Source of the DNA: an uncultured Aquificales bacterium
GTDB lineage: Bacteria > Aquificota > Aquificia > Aquificales > Hydrogenothermaceae
Length of the DNA: 64,000 nt
Direction of reading: 5' to 3'
Assembly: GCA_964519345.1 (NCBI GenBank)
Contig: CAZFKX010000017.1
Span: 9,803 to 73,802 of the forward strand
In this document: piece by piece, positions 9,198 to 18,446 of the stretch
How the letters are laid out: every line of letters begins with the position of its first letter
Position numbering within the stretch: the stretch's first letter is position 1
Made by a program: the position numbers and the translations under genes
The notes under the pieces: generated by a model
Database searches by the model: none
Seen by the model: only the letters and a program-made list of their open reading frames with translations
Told to the model about the DNA's origin: nothing

Positions 9198-9229
9198 CCA
9201 AAGTGTATAAACTCTTTACACTTTGGTTT
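9198..9229 (+). terminator. Intrinsic-terminator-like hairpin (10-bp stem, 9-nt loop, TTT tail)
   Basis: CCAAAGTGTA-taaactctt-TACACTTTGG-TTT, read directly. It lies 27 nt upstream of the mutS2 ATG. Confidence 0.45.
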
Positions 9230-9255
9230 AGCAGGATAACGTTTTGCTTAGGGAG

Positions 9256-11574
9256 ATGGTAAGGATTAGGGATAAGGATATTGATCTTTTAGAGTATAAC
9301 AGATTTTTAGAAAAGCTTTCTGAACTTACTTTAAATGAGAAAACAAAAGAAAAGATAAAAGATCTAAAACCTTTCTCTGAAAAAAAAGATTTAATAAGGA
9401 CTTTGTCTATAACAAAAGATTTTATTGATATCTTGAATAGGGAAGGTTATTTCCCATTATCAGAATATCCGGATATTGATGAAGCTCTGGGACTTCTTTC
9501 CATAGAGGAGAGCATACTTTCTTCTATGGAGATACTTGATATAGGTGCCTTACTTAGAATATCAAGAGATATAAAAAAGTTTCTATCTCCATATATAAGA
9601 GAAAAAGAACATTTACAACCTATATACAGAGATCTTTTTTCTTCAAGGGAGATAGAAAGCATAATACAGGACAGTATTGATTCTTCTGGAATGGTAAAAG
9701 ACACAGCAAGTAGGGATCTTTCTAATATAAGAAAAAGTATAAAGGAAGTTGAGAAAACTCTTATCTCAATACTTGAGAGTATTATAAACAGCCATAAGTA
9801 CCAGGATGTTATACAGGAGAAGATAATAACTGTAAGGAAAGATAGATATGTTATTCCCGTGAAGCAGAATTTCTCATCAAAAATAAAAGGGATCATTCAT
9901 GACAGATCATCCTCAGGTCATACAATATATCTCGAACCTGTAAGTGTTGTTGAGCTTAACAACAGACTTTCGGATTTAAGAATAAGAGAACATATAGAGA
10001 TAAGGAAAATACTGAAATTCCTTACAGATATAATTAGGAGTAGAATTACAGAGATTAGAAAGACATTTAATGCTCTGATTCATCTTGATTATCTTTATAC
10101 CGTTTACAAGTTTTCATCAGATTTTAACGGAACTTTCCCTCAGATATCAGATCAGTTTTATCTGGTTGAGGCAAAACATCCTCTGTTTCTTATGGCAGGT
10201 AAAAATTTTAAACCTCTTGACATTAGGATAGATAAATCAAGAAAGGGACTTGTTATAACTGGTCCAAATACGGGAGGAAAGACTGTAACATTAAAAACGG
10301 CTGGGATACTATCTATGATTTTTCAGACAGGTATTCCAATTCCTGTTTCCGAAGGAAGTAAAATACCTGTTTTTGACTGGATTTATGCTGATATAGGAGA
10401 TATGCAGAGTATTGAAAATGATCTTTCAACTTATTCTGCACATATAAAAAATATACAGGAAATAATTGAGAGAATAACTGAAAGATCCCTTGTTCTTCTT
10501 GACGAACTTATACCCGGAACTGATCCTGATGAAGGATCGGCAATAGGTATCGGTATTATGGAAAGATTAAAGGAGAAAAATGCTTACTGCATAATAACAA
10601 CTCATTTCAAACAGATTAAGATGTTTGCCCTTTCAAATGATTATTTTGAGGTTGCATCTGTAGGGTTTGATAAGGACAGCTTATCTCCTACATTCAGGAT
10701 AAATTACAGATCAGTTGGTCAGAGTATGGCTTTTTATATAGCTGAAAGATTAGGGTTTGATACAGATATTCTTAAAAAGGCGAAGAAATATCTTTCAGAA
10801 AGTTCAATTAAGCTTTCTGAAGCTATAGAAGAACTTGAAAAATACAAGGATGCATACGAAAGAGAGCATCTGGAACTTAAAAAATTGAAAAAGCAGTTGA
10901 GAATAGATCAGGAGAGATATTCCAGACTTGTAAAAGAACTGGAAGAAGAAAAAAAGAGAAAATGGAAATCAGCTGCTAACGAGGTTAAAGATTATATTGA
11001 GAATATTAGAAAAGAAGGGTACAGAATACTTGATGAGATAAAAAGAAAACCTACTGGAAAGGAGCTTGAAAGATTTATAATAGAAAAAAAGAAAGATTTA
11101 GAAAAAACTCTTCCAAAAGAGGATCTATTTTCTGAACATATAGATATAGGAGATACTGTAAGGATAAAAGGGAAGGGCACAAAAGGCGAGGTTATATCAG
11201 TTAGAGAAGATAAGGCAAATGTTAATTTTAATGGTATAAGAATCTGGGTAAAACTGTCTGAACTTGAAAAATTAGAAAAGAAAGAAAATCAGGAAAGGAA
11301 ATTTAAAATAAAAAAGAGTGTTGCAAAACTAAAAAAACCTGAGATAAAACTTATAGGAAAAACAAAGGAAGAAGCATTAAAAGAACTCTCAGATTTTTTA
11401 GATAAAGCGATAATTGAGGGATACACAACAGTAAGGATAATCCATGGCTATGGATCGGGGATCTTAAGAAAAGCTGTAAGAGAATATCTGGACAGACTAC
11501 CTTATAATATAAATTATGAGGATGCTCCTTATCATGAAGGAGGTATGGGTGTTACAGTTGTTCATATATTATAA
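9256..11574 (+). CDS. mutS2: Endonuclease MutS2 (MutS-II ATPase with C-terminal Smr domain)
   Basis: Walker A GPNTGGKTV, Walker B LVLLDELIPGTDP, and the Smr motif RIIHGYGSGILRKAV near the C-terminus. ATG 9256 is preferred over the track's TTG 9244 because the RBS AGGGAG lies upstream. Confidence 0.9.
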   Translation: MVRIRDKDIDLLEYNRFLEKLSELTLNEKTKEKIKDLKPFSEKKDLIRTLSITKDFIDILNREGYFPLSEYPDIDEALGLLSIEESILSSMEILDIGALLRISRDIKKFLSPYIREKEHLQPIYRDLFSSREIESIIQDSIDSSGMVKDTASRDLSNIRKSIKEVEKTLISILESIINSHKYQDVIQEKIITVRKDRYVIPVKQNFSSKIKGIIHDRSSSGHTIYLEPVSVVELNNRLSDLRIREHIEIRKILKFLTDIIRSRITEIRKTFNALIHLDYLYTVYKFSSDFNGTFPQISDQFYLVEAKHPLFLMAGKNFKPLDIRIDKSRKGLVITGPNTGGKTVTLKTAGILSMIFQTGIPIPVSEGSKIPVFDWIYADIGDMQSIENDLSTYSAHIKNIQEIIERITERSLVLLDELIPGTDPDEGSAIGIGIMERLKEKNAYCIITTHFKQIKMFALSNDYFEVASVGFDKDSLSPTFRINYRSVGQSMAFYIAERLGFDTDILKKAKKYLSESSIKLSEAIEELEKYKDAYEREHLELKKLKKQLRIDQERYSRLVKELEEEKKRKWKSAANEVKDYIENIRKEGYRILDEIKRKPTGKELERFIIEKKKDLEKTLPKEDLFSEHIDIGDTVRIKGKGTKGEVISVREDKANVNFNGIRIWVKLSELEKLEKKENQERKFKIKKSVAKLKKPEIKLIGKTKEEALKELSDFLDKAIIEGYTTVRIIHGYGSGILRKAVREYLDRLPYNINYEDAPYHEGGMGVTVVHIL

Positions 11575-11585
11575 AGGAGGGCATT

Positions 11586-12098
11586 ATGAAGAAAGTAGCT
11601 ATTCTTCTTGAGGATCTTGTTGAGGATGTTGAGTTTATATATCCCCTTTATAGATTTATGGAAGAGGGTTATACAGTTGATGTTTTAGCTCCGAGAGTTG
11701 GTGAGTTCTCAGGAAAGAAAGGAATGGTATTTCATGCCTCAAAAAGGGTTGATCCTGAGATGGCTGAGTATTATGACGCTGTTTTTGTTCCGGGTGGGTA
11801 TGCACCAGACAGATTTAGAAGAGACAGGGAAACTATTGAGTTCATAAAAAATATGTATAGAAAAGGAAAAATAGTAGCAGCTATATGTCATGGACCCTGG
11901 GCGTTAATTTCAGCAAAAATAGTGAACGGAAAGAGAATAACAGCGTTCTTTTCTATAAGGGACGATATAGAGAATGCAGGTGGTATATACACAGGAAAAC
12001 CTGTTGAGATTGATGGCAATATTGTGACAGCTACAGATCCAAAAGCTATGCCGGAGATGATGAAAATACTCACAGCGATGTTAAGGGAGAAAAAATGA
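11586..12098 (+). CDS. DJ-1/PfpI-family intracellular protease or deglycase
   Basis: 170 aa with the nucleophile elbow AAICHGPW and the typical PfpI fold order (VFVPGGYAPD). Confidence 0.85.
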   Translation: MKKVAILLEDLVEDVEFIYPLYRFMEEGYTVDVLAPRVGEFSGKKGMVFHASKRVDPEMAEYYDAVFVPGGYAPDRFRRDRETIEFIKNMYRKGKIVAAICHGPWALISAKIVNGKRITAFFSIRDDIENAGGIYTGKPVEIDGNIVTATDPKAMPEMMKILTAMLREKK

Positions 12099-13000
12099 AA
12101 AATTTTCTTGGTATAGATATTGGGGGAACATTTATAAAATTTGTGTCTAAAAAAAATAACAAGATTGAAAAAGGCAAGGTTTATATAAGGGATATTATCT
12201 CATATAACAGACCTGACGTGATAGTTGAAGAGATAAAAAATATTGTTGATAAATACAGACCTGATATTTTAGGTGTTGCAGTTGCTGGACTTGTAGATAA
12301 GAAAACAGGCATTTTAACGGCATCTCCAAATATAAAGCCTTTACAGAATTATCCTTTAAAAGATCAGCTTGAATCGGTGCTTAAGATACCTGTACATCTT
12401 GAGAATGACGCCTCTCTTGCCTGCTATGGAGAGTATCTTTATGGTGCTGGGAAAGGATCGAAAATACTTGTTTGCCTTACTCTTGGGACAGGACTTGGAG
12501 GGGGAGCTGTTCTAAACGGAAAGCTTCTAACAGGAATATCTGGTTCGGCTATGGAGATAGGTCATACAACTATAGATATAAATGGACTTCCATGTCATTG
12601 TGGAAGAAAAGGATGTCTTGAGTCTTATGTCTCTTCCTACGGACTTGAAAGGATATATTACCTTTACACAGACGAAAAAATAAGTTCAACACAGATTATA
12701 ACACTTGCAAACGAAGGTGATCCTGTTGCAATGAGATCCATGGAAAAATTTTCCAAATATCTCGCCATAGGACTTATGAATGCGGTTCATTTATTTAATC
12801 CTGACAGGATTGTTATTGCTGGAGGCATAACAGAAAACTATCCTGCTGTTGTTGATATGGCTGTTTCAAATCTTAAGGATTTGACCTTTCCTCTTCCTTT
12901 CAGGGATCTTTCGGTTGTTAAAGCAGAGTTGAAAGAGTTCAGCGGCGCTTATGGAGCACTTGGTTATGCAGAAAATGAAGGTGAGCAACCTTATATTTAA
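12095..13000 (+). CDS. glk: ROK-family glucokinase
   Basis: N-terminal ATP motif GIDIGGT, ROK signature, and the zinc motif CHCGRKGCLE. ATGA overlap with the pfpI-like gene. Confidence 0.85.
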   Translation: MKNFLGIDIGGTFIKFVSKKNNKIEKGKVYIRDIISYNRPDVIVEEIKNIVDKYRPDILGVAVAGLVDKKTGILTASPNIKPLQNYPLKDQLESVLKIPVHLENDASLACYGEYLYGAGKGSKILVCLTLGTGLGGGAVLNGKLLTGISGSAMEIGHTTIDINGLPCHCGRKGCLESYVSSYGLERIYYLYTDEKISSTQIITLANEGDPVAMRSMEKFSKYLAIGLMNAVHLFNPDRIVIAGGITENYPAVVDMAVSNLKDLTFPLPFRDLSVVKAELKEFSGAYGALGYAENEGEQPYI

Positions 13001-13394
13001 TCCTATAGGAAACTCTTTTTCCATCATACTGACTTCTAAAGAATATGCTGTTCAGCTTTCGGATCAGATAAGGTTTGTTTTAAACGGCAGATCTGTAGAG
13101 CTTATATCCGTATGTACGGAGGATACTCTAAGGGTCAAAATCAGGATAGATGGTAAGATATTTTCTATTTATATTGACAGATATATGGAGATAAAATCAG
13201 ATGGCTTTAAAGAGGTACTGTATTTTGATGAAAATGGTTATAAAGTTGAGCTAAAAGATCCGGATATTCTTTTTAAAATTGGTATGGTTAGAACGAAGTT
13301 TGTAAAGATTGACGATAACATGTTATATATAACAGGAGAGAATTTCCTCAGATCCGTGTCAGAATATCTAATCCTTATAAAAAATCAGACCTGA
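12966..13394 (+). CDS. Hypothetical protein
   Basis: ORF 12951-13394. An internal ATG (12966 or 12975) is more plausible than the start that overlaps glk. No motif recognised. Confidence 0.45.
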   Translation: MQKMKVSNLIFNPIGNSFSIILTSKEYAVQLSDQIRFVLNGRSVELISVCTEDTLRVKIRIDGKIFSIYIDRYMEIKSDGFKEVLYFDENGYKVELKDPDILFKIGMVRTKFVKIDDNMLYITGENFLRSVSEYLILIKNQT

Positions 13395-14326
13395 GGAGCT
13401 TTTACTTTTTCTTTTTTTGATTCAGAACTCTTTTTTCTTAAAACTCTTTCCATATCAATTATTATTGGGGATGCAACATATATAGAGGAGTAAGTCCCGA
13501 AAACTATTCCTATCAGAAGGGCAAGGGAGAAACCTTTTAATGATTCGCCACCAAATAGATATAATGCCAGTACTGAAAATAGAGTTGTTCCTGACGTTAT
13601 TACTGTTCTTGCAAGATTCTCATTTATACTCTGGTTTACGAGAAGTTGCAGATTTTTCTTTCCCCTTATCTTTATATTTTCCCTTATTCTATCAAAAATT
13701 ATTATTGTGTCGTTTAGTGAGTATCCCAAAACTGTAAGTATTGCTGCAATGACGGCAAGATTAACCTCTATACCTAAAAGAGCAAATATTCCGAGTGTTA
13801 TTATAGCATCGTGGAATAGAGGGATTACGGCACCGAGGGAGAAAACAGGTTCAAACCTATAGCTAACATATATTAGGATAGCTACCAGTACAGCAATTAT
13901 AGAATAAACACTCGCTTTTCGTAGTTCTTCTCCAACAACAGCTCCTATATAATCCATTTTCCTGATCTCATATTTACCTTTAAACTTCTCATCAAGAGCT
14001 TTCTTTACTTTTGCATATATCTCTTCAGATTTTCCCTTTTTTAGCGATACTCTTATCTCATACTCCCTCTTGTCTGTTCCTATTTCCTGAATTACAGAAT
14101 CCTGAAGATTTACAGTTCTTAAGGCATTTCTGATGTCTCCTGTATCTACAGTATCCGTAAATCTAACCTGAATAGATGTTCCTCCTGTAAAATCAAGACC
14201 AAAATTAAATCCTTTTGTAAAGATAACACCAAGGCTCAACATCACAAGAAGGACAGAAAGAATATAACCCTGCTTTTTTATTTTTAGAAAATCTATATCT
14301 GGTGGCTCATTTAGAAAATTTCTCAT
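13385..14326 (-). CDS. secF: Protein translocase subunit SecF
   Basis: 313 aa, six TM, with SecF motifs (GLDFTGGT, LGYSLNDTIIIFDRIRE). Immediately downstream of secD. Confidence 0.9.
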   Translation of the reverse strand: MRNFLNEPPDIDFLKIKKQGYILSVLLVMLSLGVIFTKGFNFGLDFTGGTSIQVRFTDTVDTGDIRNALRTVNLQDSVIQEIGTDKREYEIRVSLKKGKSEEIYAKVKKALDEKFKGKYEIRKMDYIGAVVGEELRKASVYSIIAVLVAILIYVSYRFEPVFSLGAVIPLFHDAIITLGIFALLGIEVNLAVIAAILTVLGYSLNDTIIIFDRIRENIKIRGKKNLQLLVNQSINENLARTVITSGTTLFSVLALYLFGGESLKGFSLALLIGIVFGTYSSIYVASPIIIDMERVLRKKSSESKKEKVKAPQV

Positions 14327-14335
14327 TTTCTCCCT

Positions 14336-15874
14336 CTAAAACGCGTATTTTAAGGATTTCCTACCGCCGAGAACTATATCAAGGAAAAGTTTTGTAACAA
14401 AAAGCGCTGTAAATATTGACGTTATTGTTCCTATAGACAGTGTTGCTGCGAATCCCTTTAAAGGACCTGTTCCAAACTGGAATAGTACAAATGCGGCTAT
14501 AAGTGTTGTTATCTGAGCGTCAAGAATGGCATCCCAGGCTCTTTTAAAACCTTCTTCAACAGCAACTCTTAGTGTTCTTCCCTTTTTCATCTCTTCTTTT
14601 ATTCTCTCAAATATAATAACGTTAGCATCAACAGCCATACCGATATTGAGAATTATACCTGCTATACCTGGTAGTGTGAGGGTAACATCAAGGAATACCA
14701 TAACCGCCCATAGAAGGATCCCATTAAAAATAAGTGCTACAATTGATATAAAGCCTGAAACAGCATACCTCCACAACATAAAAAGACCAACAAGAACAAG
14801 TGCTGCAATTCCCGCATTTACAGTTTTTTCTATAGAATCTTTCCCGAGAGTTGGACCTATAACCCTTTCTTCAAGAATATGAACAGGTGCCGGTAAAGCT
14901 CCTGCCCTCAAAACAATGGCAAGATCGGCTGCCTCTTCAGGTGTAAAATTGCCTGTTATCTGACCGGCTGACGATATTCTTGATCTAACAACAGGAGCTG
15001 AAATAACTTTATTATCGAGAACTATGGCTAATCTTTTTCCTATCATCTTAGCTGTTGCTTCTCCAAAAATTTCAGCTCCTTCTGAAGTAAGTTCAAAGTT
15101 AACGGCAGGTTTTCCTGACTGATCTATTGTTGTTCTTGCATCTTTAAGCATAGACCCTGTGACTATAGGAGTGTCTTTTACAAGAAACCATTCTTTAACT
15201 GTCTGTCCATTTATTTTTTCTTCAGGACCTTCAAGTATCTTTGTTCCCTCTGGAAGTCCATCTGGGTATTTTTTAAGAAGTTCTTCCTTGCTAAAAGCTG
15301 TATCCACAACTTCTAAAAGCTCAAGCTGGGCTGTTTTCCCTATTATGGATTTAGCTCTTTCAGGATCTACAACACCTGGAAGTTCAACAAGTATTCTCCT
15401 TTCTCCCATTTTTGCAATATTTGGATTTAGTGTTCCAAACTCATCTATTCTGTTTCTAAGGGTCTCAACAGCCTGTTGTACTGTCATCTTTTTTATTCTG
15501 TCAAGTTCCCAGGGCAGTAGTTTTACAATCAGGTTTCCATCTTCCGTTTCTACCTTTACCTGAGGAAATTCATCTTTTATTACATTCAGAGCTCTATTTA
15601 AAGCTGTTGGATCAAGTAGTGATATAACAGCATTTCCATTTACAACCTTTCCGCTTAAAACCTCAATCCCATTTTCTTTTAGTTTTTTCTCTATATCCCT
15701 TACTAACTGTTTGTATTGAGTGTTTATAACATGGTCAACATCTACTTCAAGAACTATACTCATTCCCCCTTGAAGATCAAGGCCAAGTTTTATAGGTTTT
15801 GTGAATATGAAGTAAAGGGAGGCAACCAAGATTGCAAACACAACCAACAGCTTCAGTTTTACATCCTCTTTCAA
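14336..15874 (-). CDS. secD: Protein translocase subunit SecD
   Basis: 512 aa, with LGLDLQGG, a large periplasmic domain, and the C-terminal 6-TM motif GMAVDANVIIFERIKEE. Confidence 0.9.
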   Translation of the reverse strand: MKEDVKLKLLVVFAILVASLYFIFTKPIKLGLDLQGGMSIVLEVDVDHVINTQYKQLVRDIEKKLKENGIEVLSGKVVNGNAVISLLDPTALNRALNVIKDEFPQVKVETEDGNLIVKLLPWELDRIKKMTVQQAVETLRNRIDEFGTLNPNIAKMGERRILVELPGVVDPERAKSIIGKTAQLELLEVVDTAFSKEELLKKYPDGLPEGTKILEGPEEKINGQTVKEWFLVKDTPIVTGSMLKDARTTIDQSGKPAVNFELTSEGAEIFGEATAKMIGKRLAIVLDNKVISAPVVRSRISSAGQITGNFTPEEAADLAIVLRAGALPAPVHILEERVIGPTLGKDSIEKTVNAGIAALVLVGLFMLWRYAVSGFISIVALIFNGILLWAVMVFLDVTLTLPGIAGIILNIGMAVDANVIIFERIKEEMKKGRTLRVAVEEGFKRAWDAILDAQITTLIAAFVLFQFGTGPLKGFAATLSIGTITSIFTALFVTKLFLDIVLGGRKSLKYAF

Positions 15875-16007
15875 ATTTCACCCCTTAATAATCTTTTTAT
15901 CAAATGCTTATTATACATCATCTGTCTGATTAATACATAATGATTATTGAAATATAACAGGATTATATTTAATATATATTAGATAATAAATTTATCTGGA
16001 GTGGGCG

Positions 16008-18392
16008 ATGAGAGGAAAGAACGTGTTTTCAATTTTTCTGACAGCTTTTGTATTAACCGGTTTTTCTTATGGTAAAGATTACGATAAAAATCCGCCTTTT
16101 GATTTTGATCTTTTAAACCCTGTTAGAATAACGGTAAAGGACAGAATTGTAAACGCTTTTAATCCTAAAAACCCCTATAACATATTTATAAATTACGAGC
16201 TTGGTATGCACTGCGTAGGGTTTGATATGTCCTATTGTTGTGTTATTCCACCATACAACAGTATTCAGGCACAGGCGTTTAAGTCAGGAATGGATGGTAA
16301 GCTTCCCCAGATGCTTACACCTGATGATAAGGTTAAGCTGTACTATTACGTGAGAGACAACAGCTATAGTGAGGGAAATAAGATGAGATACTGGCAGGTT
16401 CCAAAAGATGTAAATGGTGATGGAGATATGAATGATCCTGGAGACAATCTTGCAAATTATGTATGGACGCACCTTTTCATATATCAGGATCTTGAAGGGA
16501 CTATACCAAAAAAATGGTCTATAAAGAAAAGACTGAGAATAGGCAATGAGATACAGATACCTATTGATGCAGGTCCAAGCGGCAAGCCTTTATCAGGTGG
16601 TTATATGGATTTTGCAGGTGCTAAAGGTAGCAATATAGTTTTTACAGACAGTATGGTTCCGGAAGTAAAGAATGTACCTCTTGTTCTTACGGCATCATTT
16701 TTGTGGGATGCTCTTGGACTTCCTTTAACAGCCTTTAACGACAGTAAGAGAAGAGGAACTATAAGAACTATTACAAATAAAGATTTTCAGCCTTACCAGT
16801 ATTCTGTGGTAGAACTTCACAGAGAGGATGGAAGACCTATAACTATAAATGGTAAAGTTGTGTCTTTCTTTGGTACAAATCCTGTTGATATTCCCAACTG
16901 TTATACATGTCATTCTGGAGAAGGCCTTGCTGCAAGGATGGCAAGACAAGCTGGATTAACAAAGTTTGATCAGGAGTATAAATACTGGAAGAAACATTAC
17001 CCTGATATATCTGAGTTTATGGCAAGACAGTCTCAGGCTTCTATAAATATACTTGAGATTCATGATAAAAAACATGGGACAGAGTTTTTAAAAGAGTATG
17101 ATCCGGAGGCACCAACAAACAGACTTGGATCTATAGGCGTCGTTTACTGTGCAGACTGTCATGGCGATAATATATCTGGAAATTTGCAGTCTCCCAGACC
17201 GACGGCTACCGGTTACAAACTCAAAAAAGCTAAACCTTTAACAGAGGCGATACATGCAAGACATGCCGTTGCTGTTCCTATGCCAGATAAAGCAGGTAGA
17301 ACACAGAACTGTCAGGCCTGTCATCCTACACACTGGCAGGCTGAAGAAATGAACGATTTTGCAACGAACCCATTCCAGATAGTTGACGACAATGGAAATC
17401 CAAGATTTTCAGACGCCGATCATAGAGTTGCAGGGGGTGGTTGTTATCTGAGAAGAGACGCCCATTCAAATCCAGACGTCAAACCGCCGTTTTTCTTGAA
17501 TGAGCTTGGAAAATGGTATTTGAGGAATGTTAGTAAGGTGGATGAGAATGGTAATCCTATTGACGAAATAAGAGGTCTTACATGTACAAACTGTCACAAC
17601 AGGTTAAATATAGAGTTGTATAGACATGATAATCTTAAAGATGTTGTTCTGCAGGATGGTGAGACGTTGAGAAACAAATCTATCAGAGAAATAATAAATG
17701 TAATAGCTAACGGTGATATTAAAAAGTTTAAAGATTATTATGCTGATCCAAAAATAACAAAAGATCAAAATCCTATATACGATCTTTATGCAAAACATAA
17801 AGGTGCGACACTTGTTAAAGCTATTAAAGATAAAGAAGGCAAGCTTAAATTACTCCCATGGAATGCAAAAGAAGGTGATCCTGTTCCATATGATTCTGCA
17901 TCTGCGGGTAAAGACTGGTGGCTTGCTCCTACAGAACCTCATTGCGCAAACTGTCATATAGCTCCTTTTGTTGAGAGTGAGGGAGGAAAATACTTCCCGA
18001 TAGATCAACCTAATAAATACTCACTTTACAGATATTCAAAGGCTCACGGTTCAATAGCGTGTCAGTCCTGTCATGAATCTATTCACGGACTTTATCCTGT
18101 AAGGTACGAAGGACCTGAAAGAACTGTAGATCTTACAACGCATCAGCAGGCGTTACAGTTCTCTCCTGATGGAAAATATACAGGACCTGTAACGTGTGCG
18201 GCCTGTCATACAGTTAATGAAAAAGGCGTTCCTGTACAGCTTACCGGCACTAAGTATGAGAATGATTACTGGGCTTCAGTTGTTTTAATACATTTTATGA
18301 GGGAAGGAGATCAAAAACTTTCGGTTGAGGAGCTTGTAAGGAAGTATCCTTACGAAAAATCTTCTAAGATCGTTAAAGATGGTTGGATGTAG
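16008..18392 (+). CDS. Secreted multiheme c-type cytochrome (7 CxxCH) with an approximately 297-aa heme-free N-terminal domain
   Basis: Signal peptide MRGKNVFSIFLTAFVLTGFSYG. Seven CxxCH motifs lie between nt 16899 and 18209: CYTCH, CADCH, CQACH, CTNCH, CANCH, CQSCH and CAACH. Confidence 0.85.
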   Translation: MRGKNVFSIFLTAFVLTGFSYGKDYDKNPPFDFDLLNPVRITVKDRIVNAFNPKNPYNIFINYELGMHCVGFDMSYCCVIPPYNSIQAQAFKSGMDGKLPQMLTPDDKVKLYYYVRDNSYSEGNKMRYWQVPKDVNGDGDMNDPGDNLANYVWTHLFIYQDLEGTIPKKWSIKKRLRIGNEIQIPIDAGPSGKPLSGGYMDFAGAKGSNIVFTDSMVPEVKNVPLVLTASFLWDALGLPLTAFNDSKRRGTIRTITNKDFQPYQYSVVELHREDGRPITINGKVVSFFGTNPVDIPNCYTCHSGEGLAARMARQAGLTKFDQEYKYWKKHYPDISEFMARQSQASINILEIHDKKHGTEFLKEYDPEAPTNRLGSIGVVYCADCHGDNISGNLQSPRPTATGYKLKKAKPLTEAIHARHAVAVPMPDKAGRTQNCQACHPTHWQAEEMNDFATNPFQIVDDNGNPRFSDADHRVAGGGCYLRRDAHSNPDVKPPFFLNELGKWYLRNVSKVDENGNPIDEIRGLTCTNCHNRLNIELYRHDNLKDVVLQDGETLRNKSIREIINVIANGDIKKFKDYYADPKITKDQNPIYDLYAKHKGATLVKAIKDKEGKLKLLPWNAKEGDPVPYDSASAGKDWWLAPTEPHCANCHIAPFVESEGGKYFPIDQPNKYSLYRYSKAHGSIACQSCHESIHGLYPVRYEGPERTVDLTTHQQALQFSPDGKYTGPVTCAACHTVNEKGVPVQLTGTKYENDYWASVVLIHFMREGDQKLSVEELVRKYPYEKSSKIVKDGWM

Positions 18393-18413
18393 ATCCTGCC
18401 TCAATTTTTTTAT

Positions 18414-18433
18414 CCCCCATCTGGGGGCCTTTT
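18414..18433 (+). terminator. Rho-independent terminator after the cytochrome gene
   Basis: CCCCC-atct-GGGGG followed by CCTTTT, 22 nt after the stop codon. Confidence 0.6.
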
Positions 18434-18446
18434 AAATTATATCTGT

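Noticed and set aside
8935-9239. Two overlapping ORFs (88 aa on the minus strand, 66 aa on the plus strand) in the regulator-mutS2 spacer
   Set aside because: They overlap each other on opposite strands, have no RBS and no recognisable motifs, and coincide with the GC-rich helical segments. I interpret the region as RNA structure, not coding sequence.
9447-9896. 149-aa antisense ORF inside mutS2. Similar long antisense ORFs occur inside secD (14526-14882, 15159-15563), ribBA (34315-34812), pstC/pstA (37441-37833, 38223-38609), pstB (39428-39718) and gpgP (41632-42084).
   Set aside because: Each is fully embedded opposite a gene with strong family motifs. Their translations are low-complexity (S/F/I/L-rich), as expected from the complement of purine-rich K/E codons. 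No independent signals support them.
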